Sequence record: NC_031010.1
DNA length: 64,000 nucleotides
Reading direction: 5' to 3' (one strand)
A program made the translations under genes and the position numbers. Position 1 is the first letter of the stretch. Each line of letters starts with the position of its first letter. Shown piece after piece: positions 50,118 through 60,292 of the stretch. Below the pieces are notes generated by a model. That model saw only the letters and a list, made by a program, of their open reading frames with translations, was not told the DNA's origin and did not search any database.

Positions 50118-50176
50118 GGACGCTTCTCCATACATTCGTCTTTAAAGACCAGATGGTCATACTAAGGTAATCACCC

Positions 50177-51082
50177 ATGGCTCTCGAAAACGCTTACACA
50201 GGCAATATCTTTCGCAGCTTTGACTTAGCCTCAATCAAAGCCCAGATTCTTCTGGCACGCGGACTTAACCAAACGGTTGCCCAGTCTGAGGAAGTCCACT
50301 ACGTGGTCGAGACTGCCGATGTGACACCGTTTCCTCTCCCGATTATTATCGAGAATGACGTGTATGTAGACGCACGTACATTTACCACGCTGGATAAAAC
50401 CGGCGCGCTAAAAATTCGAAACCCGATCGAGCACGCTATGCGACTCGACCAGGCCCGTTGGGAATTGGTGTGGAAACGGAACAACGGTAAGCTGGGTGCG
50501 CTCATGGCGCAACTGCCCTACCACCATGAAGTTTTCAGTAAATGGGTGAGTGATACAATCTCTCATGCATTTTCACTCGCTCCATATCAAAGCGGGCAAG
50601 TTCAAGCTTTGGCAGCGATGTTCTCTGTTGGGCAGTTCTACAACAACTTTTCTGACGACGCGCAGATGTTCCGGTTGCAGCAATTAATGAGCCGCGACCT
50701 CGGTATTCCGTTCAACTTGTTTGAAAGCGTGACCGGCAATACCGACCATCTGTTCCCGCGCGACGCCGCAGAGTTTGTAGAAACCCTCAAGGCCGCTGAC
50801 ATCACGCCGCGTCTGAGTGACTTCTCTGTCCTGACGCTGAACCAAGCATTGGCAACCAGCTTCTTTGGGGTGAGCTACGACAAACAGTTGTGCTGGAGTG
50901 CGATTGAGTATCCGCCGTCTCTGATGGTGATGATCAAGACCTGCTTAGAGCATAACATGTACAACCGCTCCCGGTTGGGCGCTGTCGTGAAGAAAACCAA
51001 CGTGTCGAAGAAAAAGGACAAGTTCCTCTTTACCTACAACACGATTCTGAACCAGTCGTCTAAACCGACCAACATACAGTAA
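50177..51082 (+). CDS. Virion structural protein (phiKZ gp28 / SPN3US gp257-like position)
   Basis: 301 aa, divergent from the sheath gene; synteny from memory. Confidence 0.55.
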   Translation: MALENAYTGNIFRSFDLASIKAQILLARGLNQTVAQSEEVHYVVETADVTPFPLPIIIENDVYVDARTFTTLDKTGALKIRNPIEHAMRLDQARWELVWKRNNGKLGALMAQLPYHHEVFSKWVSDTISHAFSLAPYQSGQVQALAAMFSVGQFYNNFSDDAQMFRLQQLMSRDLGIPFNLFESVTGNTDHLFPRDAAEFVETLKAADITPRLSDFSVLTLNQALATSFFGVSYDKQLCWSAIEYPPSLMVMIKTCLEHNMYNRSRLGAVVKKTNVSKKKDKFLFTYNTILNQSSKPTNIQ

Positions 51083-51092
51083 GAGGCACGTC

Positions 51093-53609
51093 ATGGAGAA
51101 ATGGCTCGTCCACCACGCAGCGCAAAATGCGTGGCAGCGCCCGTATCTCGATGGACAACTGAATGTTCGCCCTGCCCGTTTGACTCCGGTCACGGGCGGG
51201 ATTAACTTTGTGCGTGAAGGCGGGGGTCTTACCCCGATGCCTGACCAAGGTTCATGGTGGCATGTTTTCCACATTGGAAAACTCCATCCGAGCTACGGCA
51301 ATCTGGCAATTGGGGCCGGCATGTGGAAACGTGTCTCGACCTGCATTAACGCCTTTAGCGCATTCATTCTGTTGTACAACGAAGCGGGTGTCACGATTCC
51401 GGCACACAACGCGTATTTCTACCGTCGCCCGAACGGTGCGGTGTTACTGGCCATTCCCCAGTCAGACCGTTACAAGTGGCTGGAGACTGACGGTCTGTAC
51501 GTGCGCTTCTATCCGGGCTATGACGGTGGCTCGAATGCGCCGCTCATTAACCCAACCAGTATTGAGTACCACGTTATCTCCACCCTGCAGAACCGGCAGA
51601 AAGCATTTGACCGTTACACACTGTTGCGCGCCACTGCAAAAGGGTACGTGACGCTGTGGGTCAACGGCAAGTGCATTGACAATCCACAGGTGGCGGACAT
51701 CACCCTGTGGGATGATTTTGAAATCCGGGTAGATGGCCGGGTAAAACGCGTGGTGGATTTCCGTTGTGGCGATCTGCCGACCTTTATCTCTGAGCTTGAC
51801 GGTAAGCGCAAGTATTTATTGCACCTGCCGAAACAACCGGGGACGTGGGCGTTTAACAACGACGTGGAACTCCATGTGCTGTATAAGCGCGAGGTGCGTT
51901 ACTACCACCGTCATCGTCAGCAGGCGGTGCGTAACCTTACGTGGAACGACATGTCAATTCCAGCCGAGCGGGTGTCGCAGTTACTGAACTCCTATTCGGT
52001 TGGGGTGAGTGACATTGATGACATCGTGATTCGTGTGTTGATTCGTGACGACTTCTTGGACTTGGCTCCGCTGTTCAATACCGACCATGTGCATGACCTC
52101 TACAAAATGTCCGATGAACAAATCATTGCGGCATTGGTGGGTGCACAAGCGACGTTGCCAACATGGCAGGCCTCTAAGCTCGAGCAATCGTACGCCAACC
52201 GTTTGGCCGCGGCAAAACCCAACAACGTCACCCGCGACTTCTGCACCAAAGCCTACGGCTACAATGCGGTAACGCGTTATGCCGCGGACACACCTCAGCG
52301 TTTAACGATGGATGCACGGGGTTGGTTCTGTGTGCTCCCGGCACTGCTTGCTGAGGAGTCGGCCGTTTACGAATACGACGGCAACGGTTTGTTGTTGGGT
52401 TATCAACCCCACAAGGGTGGCAGCCTGTACTACGCCAAGAACCCGAACGCCCGTATCGTGGAAGCCATTGCCGGCACAGCCGGTACCTCGGTGACCATCA
52501 CGGACAACGCCCCGGACTTCACCATTGCCGATGGCGATAACGTGGGTCTTTGGATTCGCATCGTGAAAAGCGATGTGCCGACCAATGACTACTACGCCGC
52601 GGTCGAGGGGGACGACTACGTCCGTAACGGAAATCTGATTACGTGGAAGGTTGACCGCACCCGCCGTCACCCGACTGTGATTCATGATAACCAGCATCTG
52701 TTCTTTGAGACTGATGTCAAGTTAACGGAAGGGGAGATTCGGGTTGCGATTACGGCCACGAACCAGAACGGGGATGCGCGTACGTTGTGGATTCCAATGG
52801 AAACCGTAGAAGCGTGGTTGAACGGACACCCGTTGGTGCACTCGATTGATTACGTGACGCACTGGCCAGATGTGGCCGTGGTGTGTAAGTCGTGGTCATC
52901 CGACACCGACACCAACCGGGTTGCGATTCGTGCCCGCGGTGTGACTGGCGAGTTAAAGATTCCGAAATGCGGCTTTGTCGCCAACGGGCTTTTCTCCAAC
53001 AACTCACACTTCGATGTGCGTGATGACAAAGTGATTCGTGTTGTGGCCGGTGGGGGTCTGTTACTGCGCGATGATGTGGTGTTCCGCGAGGATTCGTCTA
53101 TCGGCTCCGATATCGTGGCCGATGGGTTCCCGTTCTCGGTGGATGACCCGACCATTCCGTTACGGGATACGGTCACGGGCAACACCTACGAGTTGCGTGA
53201 TGCAGCCCGGGCATTGGACAGCGCGGTTGAGGATTACCTCTCCGTTAAACTGCCAACGCCACCACCAAACCCTCTGGTGACCATTCCGCACTGGTATCAT
53301 CTGTATTCGCCATTGCTGAACAAACTACTCTGGGACCATAAGTCCGGTGCCCTCACCTTGGTTGAGGATGACCCGAACTATCGTATCTCCACCCAACAGC
53401 TCGATGAGATTATGCAGCGGTATAACTACCTGCTGAAATTCGACCCGGCGTACGTGGGCTACGATGAGGTCTTTGTGAAGGTGCACCCGCACATCCAGTA
53501 TTCTGTCATGGAAGTGGATGAGTTGATGTTTGCGTTTGCTGACCGAGTGAACCAACGTTACCTGCGTGGCAAAGTGCAGCTAAACCAGTATCTCAAAATC
53601 AAGGGCTAA
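51093..53609 (+). CDS. Virion (baseplate/tail) structural protein (phiKZ gp27-like position)
   Basis: 838 aa, beta-rich; lies between the sheath and terminase genes. Confidence 0.55.
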   Translation: MEKWLVHHAAQNAWQRPYLDGQLNVRPARLTPVTGGINFVREGGGLTPMPDQGSWWHVFHIGKLHPSYGNLAIGAGMWKRVSTCINAFSAFILLYNEAGVTIPAHNAYFYRRPNGAVLLAIPQSDRYKWLETDGLYVRFYPGYDGGSNAPLINPTSIEYHVISTLQNRQKAFDRYTLLRATAKGYVTLWVNGKCIDNPQVADITLWDDFEIRVDGRVKRVVDFRCGDLPTFISELDGKRKYLLHLPKQPGTWAFNNDVELHVLYKREVRYYHRHRQQAVRNLTWNDMSIPAERVSQLLNSYSVGVSDIDDIVIRVLIRDDFLDLAPLFNTDHVHDLYKMSDEQIIAALVGAQATLPTWQASKLEQSYANRLAAAKPNNVTRDFCTKAYGYNAVTRYAADTPQRLTMDARGWFCVLPALLAEESAVYEYDGNGLLLGYQPHKGGSLYYAKNPNARIVEAIAGTAGTSVTITDNAPDFTIADGDNVGLWIRIVKSDVPTNDYYAAVEGDDYVRNGNLITWKVDRTRRHPTVIHDNQHLFFETDVKLTEGEIRVAITATNQNGDARTLWIPMETVEAWLNGHPLVHSIDYVTHWPDVAVVCKSWSSDTDTNRVAIRARGVTGELKIPKCGFVANGLFSNNSHFDVRDDKVIRVVAGGGLLLRDDVVFREDSSIGSDIVADGFPFSVDDPTIPLRDTVTGNTYELRDAARALDSAVEDYLSVKLPTPPPNPLVTIPHWYHLYSPLLNKLLWDHKSGALTLVEDDPNYRISTQQLDEIMQRYNYLLKFDPAYVGYDEVFVKVHPHIQYSVMEVDELMFAFADRVNQRYLRGKVQLNQYLKIKG

Positions 53610-53612
53610 GCC

Positions 53613-55256
53613 ATGGCATTAACTTCAGACATCATCGACAGGGACCGCGGCTGGCGTCCGTGGGGTGTTGCTGATCTTTTCAACGAGATCACGGGAACAG
53701 GTTTTGTTCCCAATCCAACGGACTGGATTTATCACCCGGACACCAACATCGTTTACAAGGTCCTCACCGTTAACTACAGTGAGCCTTCGTGGACGACTGA
53801 ACTGTTAAACGGGATTCCGCTCGTTAACGACGGCAAACCGTTGGGTGGTCACTATCCGCTGCGCTCGGACAAGTTCCGTGTCTACGTTGACACCTCCAAA
53901 AACCCGGCGACCATGACGTTTGATAAAAACGTCACGTGGAACGGGGCGGACTTGGAGGGTATTCGTATCTTCCGCGGGACCGACATCACCGACAGTGGCG
54001 AAATCCTCTCCGGGTCGTACAAAGATGGCCGATTGGATAAAACCTATCTGCCACTGCAGGCGATTTCCAATCAGGGTGCTGACACCGTGGTGAAACAAGC
54101 CCTGCCGGGTGCTTGCTTAGCCGCCGTCGAGCACGGGGACATGTTCAGCTTCGTGGTCTACGACGATGTGGGCAACGGGGTCGCAATGGGTTCCGGGTAC
54201 ATCATCAAAACCAATCTGGTGATGGCACTGGAAACGCCAGCGCGAACTATCCTCAACATCAAACTGGTGAGCCCGTTTATCTCGGGTGATGACTCCTCGG
54301 TGTTGACACTGCCGATTAACATGCCGCTGGAATCCATTCCGCTGTGGTGTGAAGTCCAGTACAACGACGGGGTCAAGACGCTGGCCGTGGACGGCTCTCG
54401 TGTGAAACTGAACGGCTTGCGTAACTCCGGTGCGCACGACACGTTCTACATTTCTTCGAATGCCGGCAATGAGCTGCCGCTGACGCTGAGTTACCAGTTG
54501 GCCAAAGGCGAATCGTACGCAGGGGATAATCTGGTCGATGGCAAAACCATCGTGAAGGATTACACTGCCGTCACCGAGGCGGTCGATGGGGCCTACTCCA
54601 TGAAACTGTTTGTGGTGCCCGTGTGGTTGGATTCCACCCGTGGTGTGCGCTTGCAGTATCTGTTGTACAACCTGACCCGTGGCACCGTTTACGATGCAAC
54701 TGCGCAAATCAACTACACCGGCGGTTCGTCGTTTGACCCAACGCTTTACGGGGTTAAGCAACGCCTGAACGTGCAGTGTGATATCAGCAAGGTCAACACC
54801 GCCTACCGTCCGTACACGCACCCGCAGTCCTTTAGCATCACGCTGATGAACCCGGGTACGGAGAAAGACACCAACTTCGTGCTGGAGTACCTGCCTAACG
54901 GGCTGAAGTACGGCGAGAAGATTTGGGCGGAGTTCAAATACTCGAACATCACCTATTCTGAGTTGGATGTGTCTTGTCAGAAGACCTCGAAAGCAGAATG
55001 GTTGGCAGCCTTGTACGATCCTATCTATCCGCTGTTCGACCGTCGTAATGAAGATGGTCCTCCAACGCCAACCCATTTCCAGATTCATGTCGGGGGTAAT
55101 ATTTACACCTACGAGATTGACGACTGGATGGCGAAGAAGGTCATCAATTACAAAGTGGGCTTGGATGCCTCGTTGGTCATTCGTTGGCTGCGTCGTACGC
55201 CAACGGACGAATTGCAGTTAGGTGCAACCCCGATGTTGGCACACCACATCGAATAA
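53613..55256 (+). CDS. Virion (baseplate) structural protein (phiKZ gp26-like position)
   Basis: 547 aa, beta-rich; immediately upstream of the terminase gene. Confidence 0.55.
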   Translation: MALTSDIIDRDRGWRPWGVADLFNEITGTGFVPNPTDWIYHPDTNIVYKVLTVNYSEPSWTTELLNGIPLVNDGKPLGGHYPLRSDKFRVYVDTSKNPATMTFDKNVTWNGADLEGIRIFRGTDITDSGEILSGSYKDGRLDKTYLPLQAISNQGADTVVKQALPGACLAAVEHGDMFSFVVYDDVGNGVAMGSGYIIKTNLVMALETPARTILNIKLVSPFISGDDSSVLTLPINMPLESIPLWCEVQYNDGVKTLAVDGSRVKLNGLRNSGAHDTFYISSNAGNELPLTLSYQLAKGESYAGDNLVDGKTIVKDYTAVTEAVDGAYSMKLFVVPVWLDSTRGVRLQYLLYNLTRGTVYDATAQINYTGGSSFDPTLYGVKQRLNVQCDISKVNTAYRPYTHPQSFSITLMNPGTEKDTNFVLEYLPNGLKYGEKIWAEFKYSNITYSELDVSCQKTSKAEWLAALYDPIYPLFDRRNEDGPPTPTHFQIHVGGNIYTYEIDDWMAKKVINYKVGLDASLVIRWLRRTPTDELQLGATPMLAHHIE

Positions 55257-55306
55257 AAAGAACTGCGTACCCCCGGCCAAAAGGTCGGGGGTACCGGGAG
55301 GACTGT

Positions 55307-57415
55307 ATGATCTTACGTGAATCGGATTGGGGATTACACCCCGGCTCGATCGTCCACGACAACACACGTAACAAGCACTTTCTAAAATTTGCTGATACGC
55401 TGCTGGGGTTGGGGGTACGACACTATTACCTGCACCTTGCCTTGCACAACCCTGCGCTGAAAGACGTCGATCCGTTTGACCCCGATTTGACGATTCAGCA
55501 AAAGGCCGATGTCATTCATGAGTGTGCAGAGAACCCGTGGTACTACTTCCGTGAATGCTTACGCGTTCCGGCGGATGGTTCAACCGGTGTACCGTTTAAA
55601 ATCGACCGCGGTAACTTTGCGCTGTACTGGATATTCTTCAACAACATCGACGTCGCGCTGGAGTTCTTACGCCAGCACGGTAAAACCATCGGTGTGGCTT
55701 CACTGGAATCGTGGCTCCTGCGCTTTCTGGAAAACTCGCGTACCATCCATGTTACCAAAGGACCGGTCCTGCGTGAGGAAACCATTAACACCTTAAAGCG
55801 TCTGCGTGACGGTTTGCCAGATTATCTCTGGCCGATTCACAAAGACGACCCGGACAACAAAGAATCCTTTGCGTGTCTCGCCATGGGTAACAAGCTTATC
55901 ACGGCTATCGGTCAGAACGACCAACAGTCTGCCAACGGTGTGGGTCGTGGACTCACGGCCGGTCGCCTGTTCTCGGATGAGGGCCCCTTCACCAAACACA
56001 TTCACGATATCTTGCCAGCGGCACTGGGTTCCGGTACCGCAGCACGTCGTATCAACGAAGAGAACGGGGTACCTTACGGCAACGTGTTCGCCACGACGCC
56101 GGGTGACTTGGCCACCGACGAAGGCAAGTTCATGTATGAGCTCATGACCTCGGGCATCATGTGGGATGAGCGCTACATCGATATCGCCACCCGTAAAGAG
56201 CTGATTGACCTTATCCGTCTGAACTCCACGGCACGCATCCCGCGTATCATGTTCTACGTGAAGTTTACCCACCGACAGCTCGGTACCAGTGACGAAGAGC
56301 TCGCGAGCATGATTGCCAACGCCACCGGTACACCCGACCAGATTCGTCGTGACTACGGCGGTCAATGGACCACAGGTGGTTTGAACAAACCGTACTCAGA
56401 AGAAGATGCTGCACGCATGACGAAGTCTCGTACCCGTGCGGAGTTCAAAGACATCTCTTCCTCCGGTTACGTCACGGACTGGTATTACAAAGAGTCCGAG
56501 ATTGGCAGCAAGTTGCGCGCACGTCACATCATCGGTTTGGATACCTCTGAAGCGGTGGGTCGAGATGCGATTGCAATGTCGATTGTGAATTCCGAGACTG
56601 CTGAAATGGCCGGTAAATTAACCGTAAACGAAACCAACGTTATCGGCTTCGCCATTCACCTCGCGAATTTCATGATAAAATATGAGAATACTGTTTTGAT
56701 TCTCGAGAGACGTAGCACAGGGTCTTCAGTTGCCGATGCAATAATCTTGCAGCTGCAATCGAAGGTGCGTGATTTACACCGACGTCTGTATGTGCGCATT
56801 ACCCAGGACTATAGCCGTAATGATGAGCTCTTTAAAGAGTACCATCGTGGTCCGGGCAATTTCCCAGAGAAGTTCTGGGACAAGTTCCGTAAGTACATAG
56901 GCTTCTCTACGGATCAGAACAAACGCCTTAAGCTTTATGGTGAAGTCTTTACCATGGCACTGCGTCTGTCTGCGCACCTCATCCGGTCTGGGGAACTGAT
57001 TGACCAGATTCTCAGTTTGGTCGAGCGTAGTGGTCGTATTGACCACCAACGTTCAGGGCACGATGACTTGGTAATCTCTTGGTTGCTGGCAATGTGGCTG
57101 CTTATCTTCGGTAAGAATCTCGCGCATTATGAGATTTCCAATCACCGTTTGATGATCCGTAACAAAACCATGCTCGAAGGAGGTGATACCCAAGATGAAG
57201 AAAAGTTGGTGGAGGAAGAACAAAAACAACAACAGCTGATGGGTGAGATTGAGGCGGTTATCCGTAGCATGCAGGGGGTTGCATGTCCAGTGAAAACCAT
57301 GCAGTTGAAGAATAAGCTTCAGCACCTTGTCAGTCAACTTAACACTGATATGCGAAACGTCGCATCGATGGAAAGTCTTAAGGACTTGATCCAGCGGCAA
57401 AGGATGAATTCATGA
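55307..57415 (+). CDS. terL: Terminase large subunit
   Basis: Walker A LRQHGKT, Walker B LFSDEG, nuclease IIGLDTS..GRD and HDDLVISW; GGAGG RBS before ATG 55307. Confidence 0.92.
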   Translation: MILRESDWGLHPGSIVHDNTRNKHFLKFADTLLGLGVRHYYLHLALHNPALKDVDPFDPDLTIQQKADVIHECAENPWYYFRECLRVPADGSTGVPFKIDRGNFALYWIFFNNIDVALEFLRQHGKTIGVASLESWLLRFLENSRTIHVTKGPVLREETINTLKRLRDGLPDYLWPIHKDDPDNKESFACLAMGNKLITAIGQNDQQSANGVGRGLTAGRLFSDEGPFTKHIHDILPAALGSGTAARRINEENGVPYGNVFATTPGDLATDEGKFMYELMTSGIMWDERYIDIATRKELIDLIRLNSTARIPRIMFYVKFTHRQLGTSDEELASMIANATGTPDQIRRDYGGQWTTGGLNKPYSEEDAARMTKSRTRAEFKDISSSGYVTDWYYKESEIGSKLRARHIIGLDTSEAVGRDAIAMSIVNSETAEMAGKLTVNETNVIGFAIHLANFMIKYENTVLILERRSTGSSVADAIILQLQSKVRDLHRRLYVRITQDYSRNDELFKEYHRGPGNFPEKFWDKFRKYIGFSTDQNKRLKLYGEVFTMALRLSAHLIRSGELIDQILSLVERSGRIDHQRSGHDDLVISWLLAMWLLIFGKNLAHYEISNHRLMIRNKTMLEGGDTQDEEKLVEEEQKQQQLMGEIEAVIRSMQGVACPVKTMQLKNKLQHLVSQLNTDMRNVASMESLKDLIQRQRMNS

Positions 57416-57666
57416 CTGTATTTTACTTTATAAGCGTGTTCATTGTGTGGGGCATTGTCTTTGCTATTGCAACGCACCTTTTACATGCTGTCCGGGACTA
57501 CGGACGACGCGAACATTTAGGCGTGGTAGCTATTGCCCGCTGTAAGGTTATCGTCATCTCGTTTGTACTGGTTGCCGGAATGGCTTCTAATTACGGCATG
57601 TCACAAGTTTATCGAATGCATCAGGCGGCAGTAGTGGCGGCTGAATCGGCGGTGAAGGTTGCCTAA
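57412..57666 (+). CDS. Small membrane protein (two predicted TM helices)
   Basis: Two hydrophobic segments; ATGA overlap with terL. Confidence 0.55.
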   Translation: MTVFYFISVFIVWGIVFAIATHLLHAVRDYGRREHLGVVAIARCKVIVISFVLVAGMASNYGMSQVYRMHQAAVVAAESAVKVA

Positions 57667-57687
57667 TACTGCACCAACAAATAATTA

Positions 57688-57730
57688 ATACCCCCGACGC
57701 AGGTCGGGGGTATTCCTCTTTATTTTTTTT
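57688..57730. terminator. Terminator between convergent genes
   Basis: AATACCCCCGAC-gcag-GTCGGGGGTATT hairpin plus T-tract. Confidence 0.8.
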
Positions 57731-59058
57731 TAGACCGCAATAGCACGCACTAAGAAATACAAGAGAAGGGCCGTACGTACCGCAGAGAGGGCAGCGGCGT
57801 CTCGCAGGTGGGTCTCTTTCTTGGCAAGGGCTTCGATACGCTTACGCAGGGACAGCACGTATTCGTTCGAGGCCTTGGCTGCCTGATAGAGTGCCCGCAT
57901 CCGGTTGAGCAAGGCTGCCACGTCGCGAAAGTTAATGCGGTTAGCCACAATCAAATCAAACGAGTGACTGAGTGTGTCCTCCATAATCGCCTCAACCTCT
58001 TGACGCTTCTTCCCTAGGGGTAAGTCGGCAATGTAGAGTAAAAGCGTTTTAAGGGCGTTAGGCGAAGCCTTAGGCACCATCTCGAGTACCACACGGGCCA
58101 ACTCTTCCTTGTACAGGTTGTTGATGCTGTACGACGCATCGAACAGGTTCTGTTTGGCCGTGTTAAACGCCGTGACCTTGTCGCGAATAATCGACTCGCC
58201 GTCCAACTCCACTCGCGCAGACTGGGTAATCACTCGGCTGTTCTCACGACGGACCCGGTCGAGGACACCGTAGTAGTCTTTGACCGTTTGTTTGGTACGG
58301 GTGTTGAGGTCGGTGATAAAGCGAATCAGCAATCCCGGCTGGTCGAACTTCTTGATGGTTTCCCAGTGTGGGGACTCCTTGGAGCAGAAGTCCTGTGCAC
58401 GTTGCTCAATGTGTGCGCCCCAGTTGCCCAGACGACGGATGTCGAACTTCAGGGACAACTGAGAATAGGTCGCCTCAGCCGCTGGCATGTCCACGGGTTT
58501 CGGGAAGAAGTGGTAGTAGATGCTCGAGTAGAACTTAAACTGCAGCAGCTTGACAATCTCGACCGCAGCTTTGTGGAAGTCCTTGTCACCGAACATCGGG
58601 ATCATGCGATGCACCATGTACGCCACCGTCAGGTTCATGGTGTCGGACGCCACGTTCCACGTCGGGTCAACGGTTTTGGTGTTGGTGATAAGTTCGGTGA
58701 GTAGGTCTTCATCCACCACGAGCACTTGGTCGAACAGGGCATAACGGTCGGTGTCGAAAAAGCGGATGGTGTGCACGCCAAGCAGGTTAGACCCAAACCA
58801 CTCGATATTTCCCTCACGAGAAAAAACACCCGAAACGTAATGCATGATTCGTGTGCAGAGTTGTTTGTTGAACGTGACCTTTTTGAACGCTTCATCAAAC
58901 GCTTTGAGGAGGGCAGGATTCTTCAGCGATTCCGTGGCAATTTTCTGCTGGTCGTCGTAGTCGTCATCATCCCAGTGGCGTTGTCCATACGGGACGTGGC
59001 TACGGTGCCCACCTTCGACATATCCGCCCCGATTAAAATCATATTGTAACTCTGGCAT
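57730..59058 (-). CDS. Putative virion head protein (SPN3US gp262-like position)
   Basis: 442 aa, helical; N-terminal acidic propeptide ending in ATE (prohead-protease-type site). Confidence 0.55.
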   Translation of the reverse strand: MPELQYDFNRGGYVEGGHRSHVPYGQRHWDDDDYDDQQKIATESLKNPALLKAFDEAFKKVTFNKQLCTRIMHYVSGVFSREGNIEWFGSNLLGVHTIRFFDTDRYALFDQVLVVDEDLLTELITNTKTVDPTWNVASDTMNLTVAYMVHRMIPMFGDKDFHKAAVEIVKLLQFKFYSSIYYHFFPKPVDMPAAEATYSQLSLKFDIRRLGNWGAHIEQRAQDFCSKESPHWETIKKFDQPGLLIRFITDLNTRTKQTVKDYYGVLDRVRRENSRVITQSARVELDGESIIRDKVTAFNTAKQNLFDASYSINNLYKEELARVVLEMVPKASPNALKTLLLYIADLPLGKKRQEVEAIMEDTLSHSFDLIVANRINFRDVAALLNRMRALYQAAKASNEYVLSLRKRIEALAKKETHLRDAAALSAVRTALLLYFLVRAIAV

Positions 59059-59081
59059 AGGGGAACCTCTAACTTTTTACG

Positions 59082-59109
59082 GATAGATATTATAAATGTG
59101 ATAGTATAC
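59082..59109 (+). promoter_or_regulatory. Putative early promoter, class A
   Basis: GATAGATATTAT-aaat-GTG-atagtatac. Confidence 0.6.
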
Positions 59110-59144
59110 ACCTATAAATCTTTTTAAATCATAAGGAGTTATCA

Positions 59145-60281
59145 ATGTCTGGTGAACTACTGCGCAAGGTCGACTGGTTCGACCAGATGCGAAAACAAGA
59201 AATAAAACCCGAAGAGCAAGTTAAGCTCTGGATTCAACCTCATGGGTGCCTGTGCGAAATTCGTGAAGTCGCAGGCCTGCCGGTTTTAGTGAACGGCGAG
59301 CACCACGTACTGAACTCAACCTTTGCACGCACGTTGTTTGATGCGGGCATCGTCGGTCATGTGATCATTCACACAACCGAGAGTATTCCACAAAACACCG
59401 CGAAGTGGTTGACGTGGTGGTTGAGTGGAGATCCAGCAATGGACGATGAGAAGGTCCGTACCATTACGGTTTACACCTTCAGCCGTCGACCGAAAATGGC
59501 ATTGCCGTTTAAAGTCGAAGTGGTGGAACCGATTCTGCTACAAGCCAGTAACGTCAAATCCACCGTTGGGATGCAATCCCGTAACCTTCAGGTTTCACTC
59601 TTCGTCGTAGAGCGAGCCAACGGGAAGCGGTACAGTCTCGAGCCGCAGCGTTATGTCACCTGCACAATCCTTGCCTGCACACAGCATGGCTATGTCTTGT
59701 GCTCGGACAATAACAACGTGTTCTTGGCTGATAAAATTTCCCGACATGTCCAGGCGCAATTGCAGAACGCAAAGTTACGTACGGATGATTTAGTCGGGAC
59801 GCGTGTGAAAGTCCAGTTCACGATGTACACTGATGGTCAACGGCTTTGCAACTACAAGAACCCGATTGTGCATCGAAGTAGTGCCCTCGACGACATGGGT
59901 GCTCTCAGCAACCCGGCATACGATGGCCCGTATCTCTTTAAGCCATCCACACAACCCCGCAGCGCAATGCTCACGTCGACGCGCTGTACCCGTGCACGGA
60001 TTACCCTCGAGAACGAGGTAATTTGTGGCCGTGATGCCGAATCTGGCGCTATCCTATTCACATTCCGCAAGGGAGTAGAACCCGGTGTATATGGGGCGGA
60101 AATGGGAATCGGTGGTCAGGTCGAACACTGGCGATTTGAATCTCCCTACTCTGTTGACGCATTAGACCCGAATGGTTTTGTGCGTGTGCTCGAACCGTTG
60201 ATTTACTTTGCAACGGGGTACAGCCTTCAGCGTATTGGACTGCACTTCGCCGACCACACAAAGCAGTCTCTCATTGCATAG
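59145..60281 (+). CDS. Hypothetical protein, possibly a degenerate ATP-dependent DNA ligase fold
   Basis: QPHG at the motif I position; LVGTRVKVQF..YT...KNPIV resembles the ligase OB-fold end. Confidence 0.4.
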   Translation: MSGELLRKVDWFDQMRKQEIKPEEQVKLWIQPHGCLCEIREVAGLPVLVNGEHHVLNSTFARTLFDAGIVGHVIIHTTESIPQNTAKWLTWWLSGDPAMDDEKVRTITVYTFSRRPKMALPFKVEVVEPILLQASNVKSTVGMQSRNLQVSLFVVERANGKRYSLEPQRYVTCTILACTQHGYVLCSDNNNVFLADKISRHVQAQLQNAKLRTDDLVGTRVKVQFTMYTDGQRLCNYKNPIVHRSSALDDMGALSNPAYDGPYLFKPSTQPRSAMLTSTRCTRARITLENEVICGRDAESGAILFTFRKGVEPGVYGAEMGIGGQVEHWRFESPYSVDALDPNGFVRVLEPLIYFATGYSLQRIGLHFADHTKQSLIA

Positions 60282-60292
60282 AGGATTTCACA

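Noticed and set aside
33917-57415. Inteins or introns in the RNAP subunits, protease or terminase
   Set aside because: The ORFs are continuous, of the sizes I recall for SPN3US-like homologs, with no C/S...HN intein ends or LAGLIDADG motifs.
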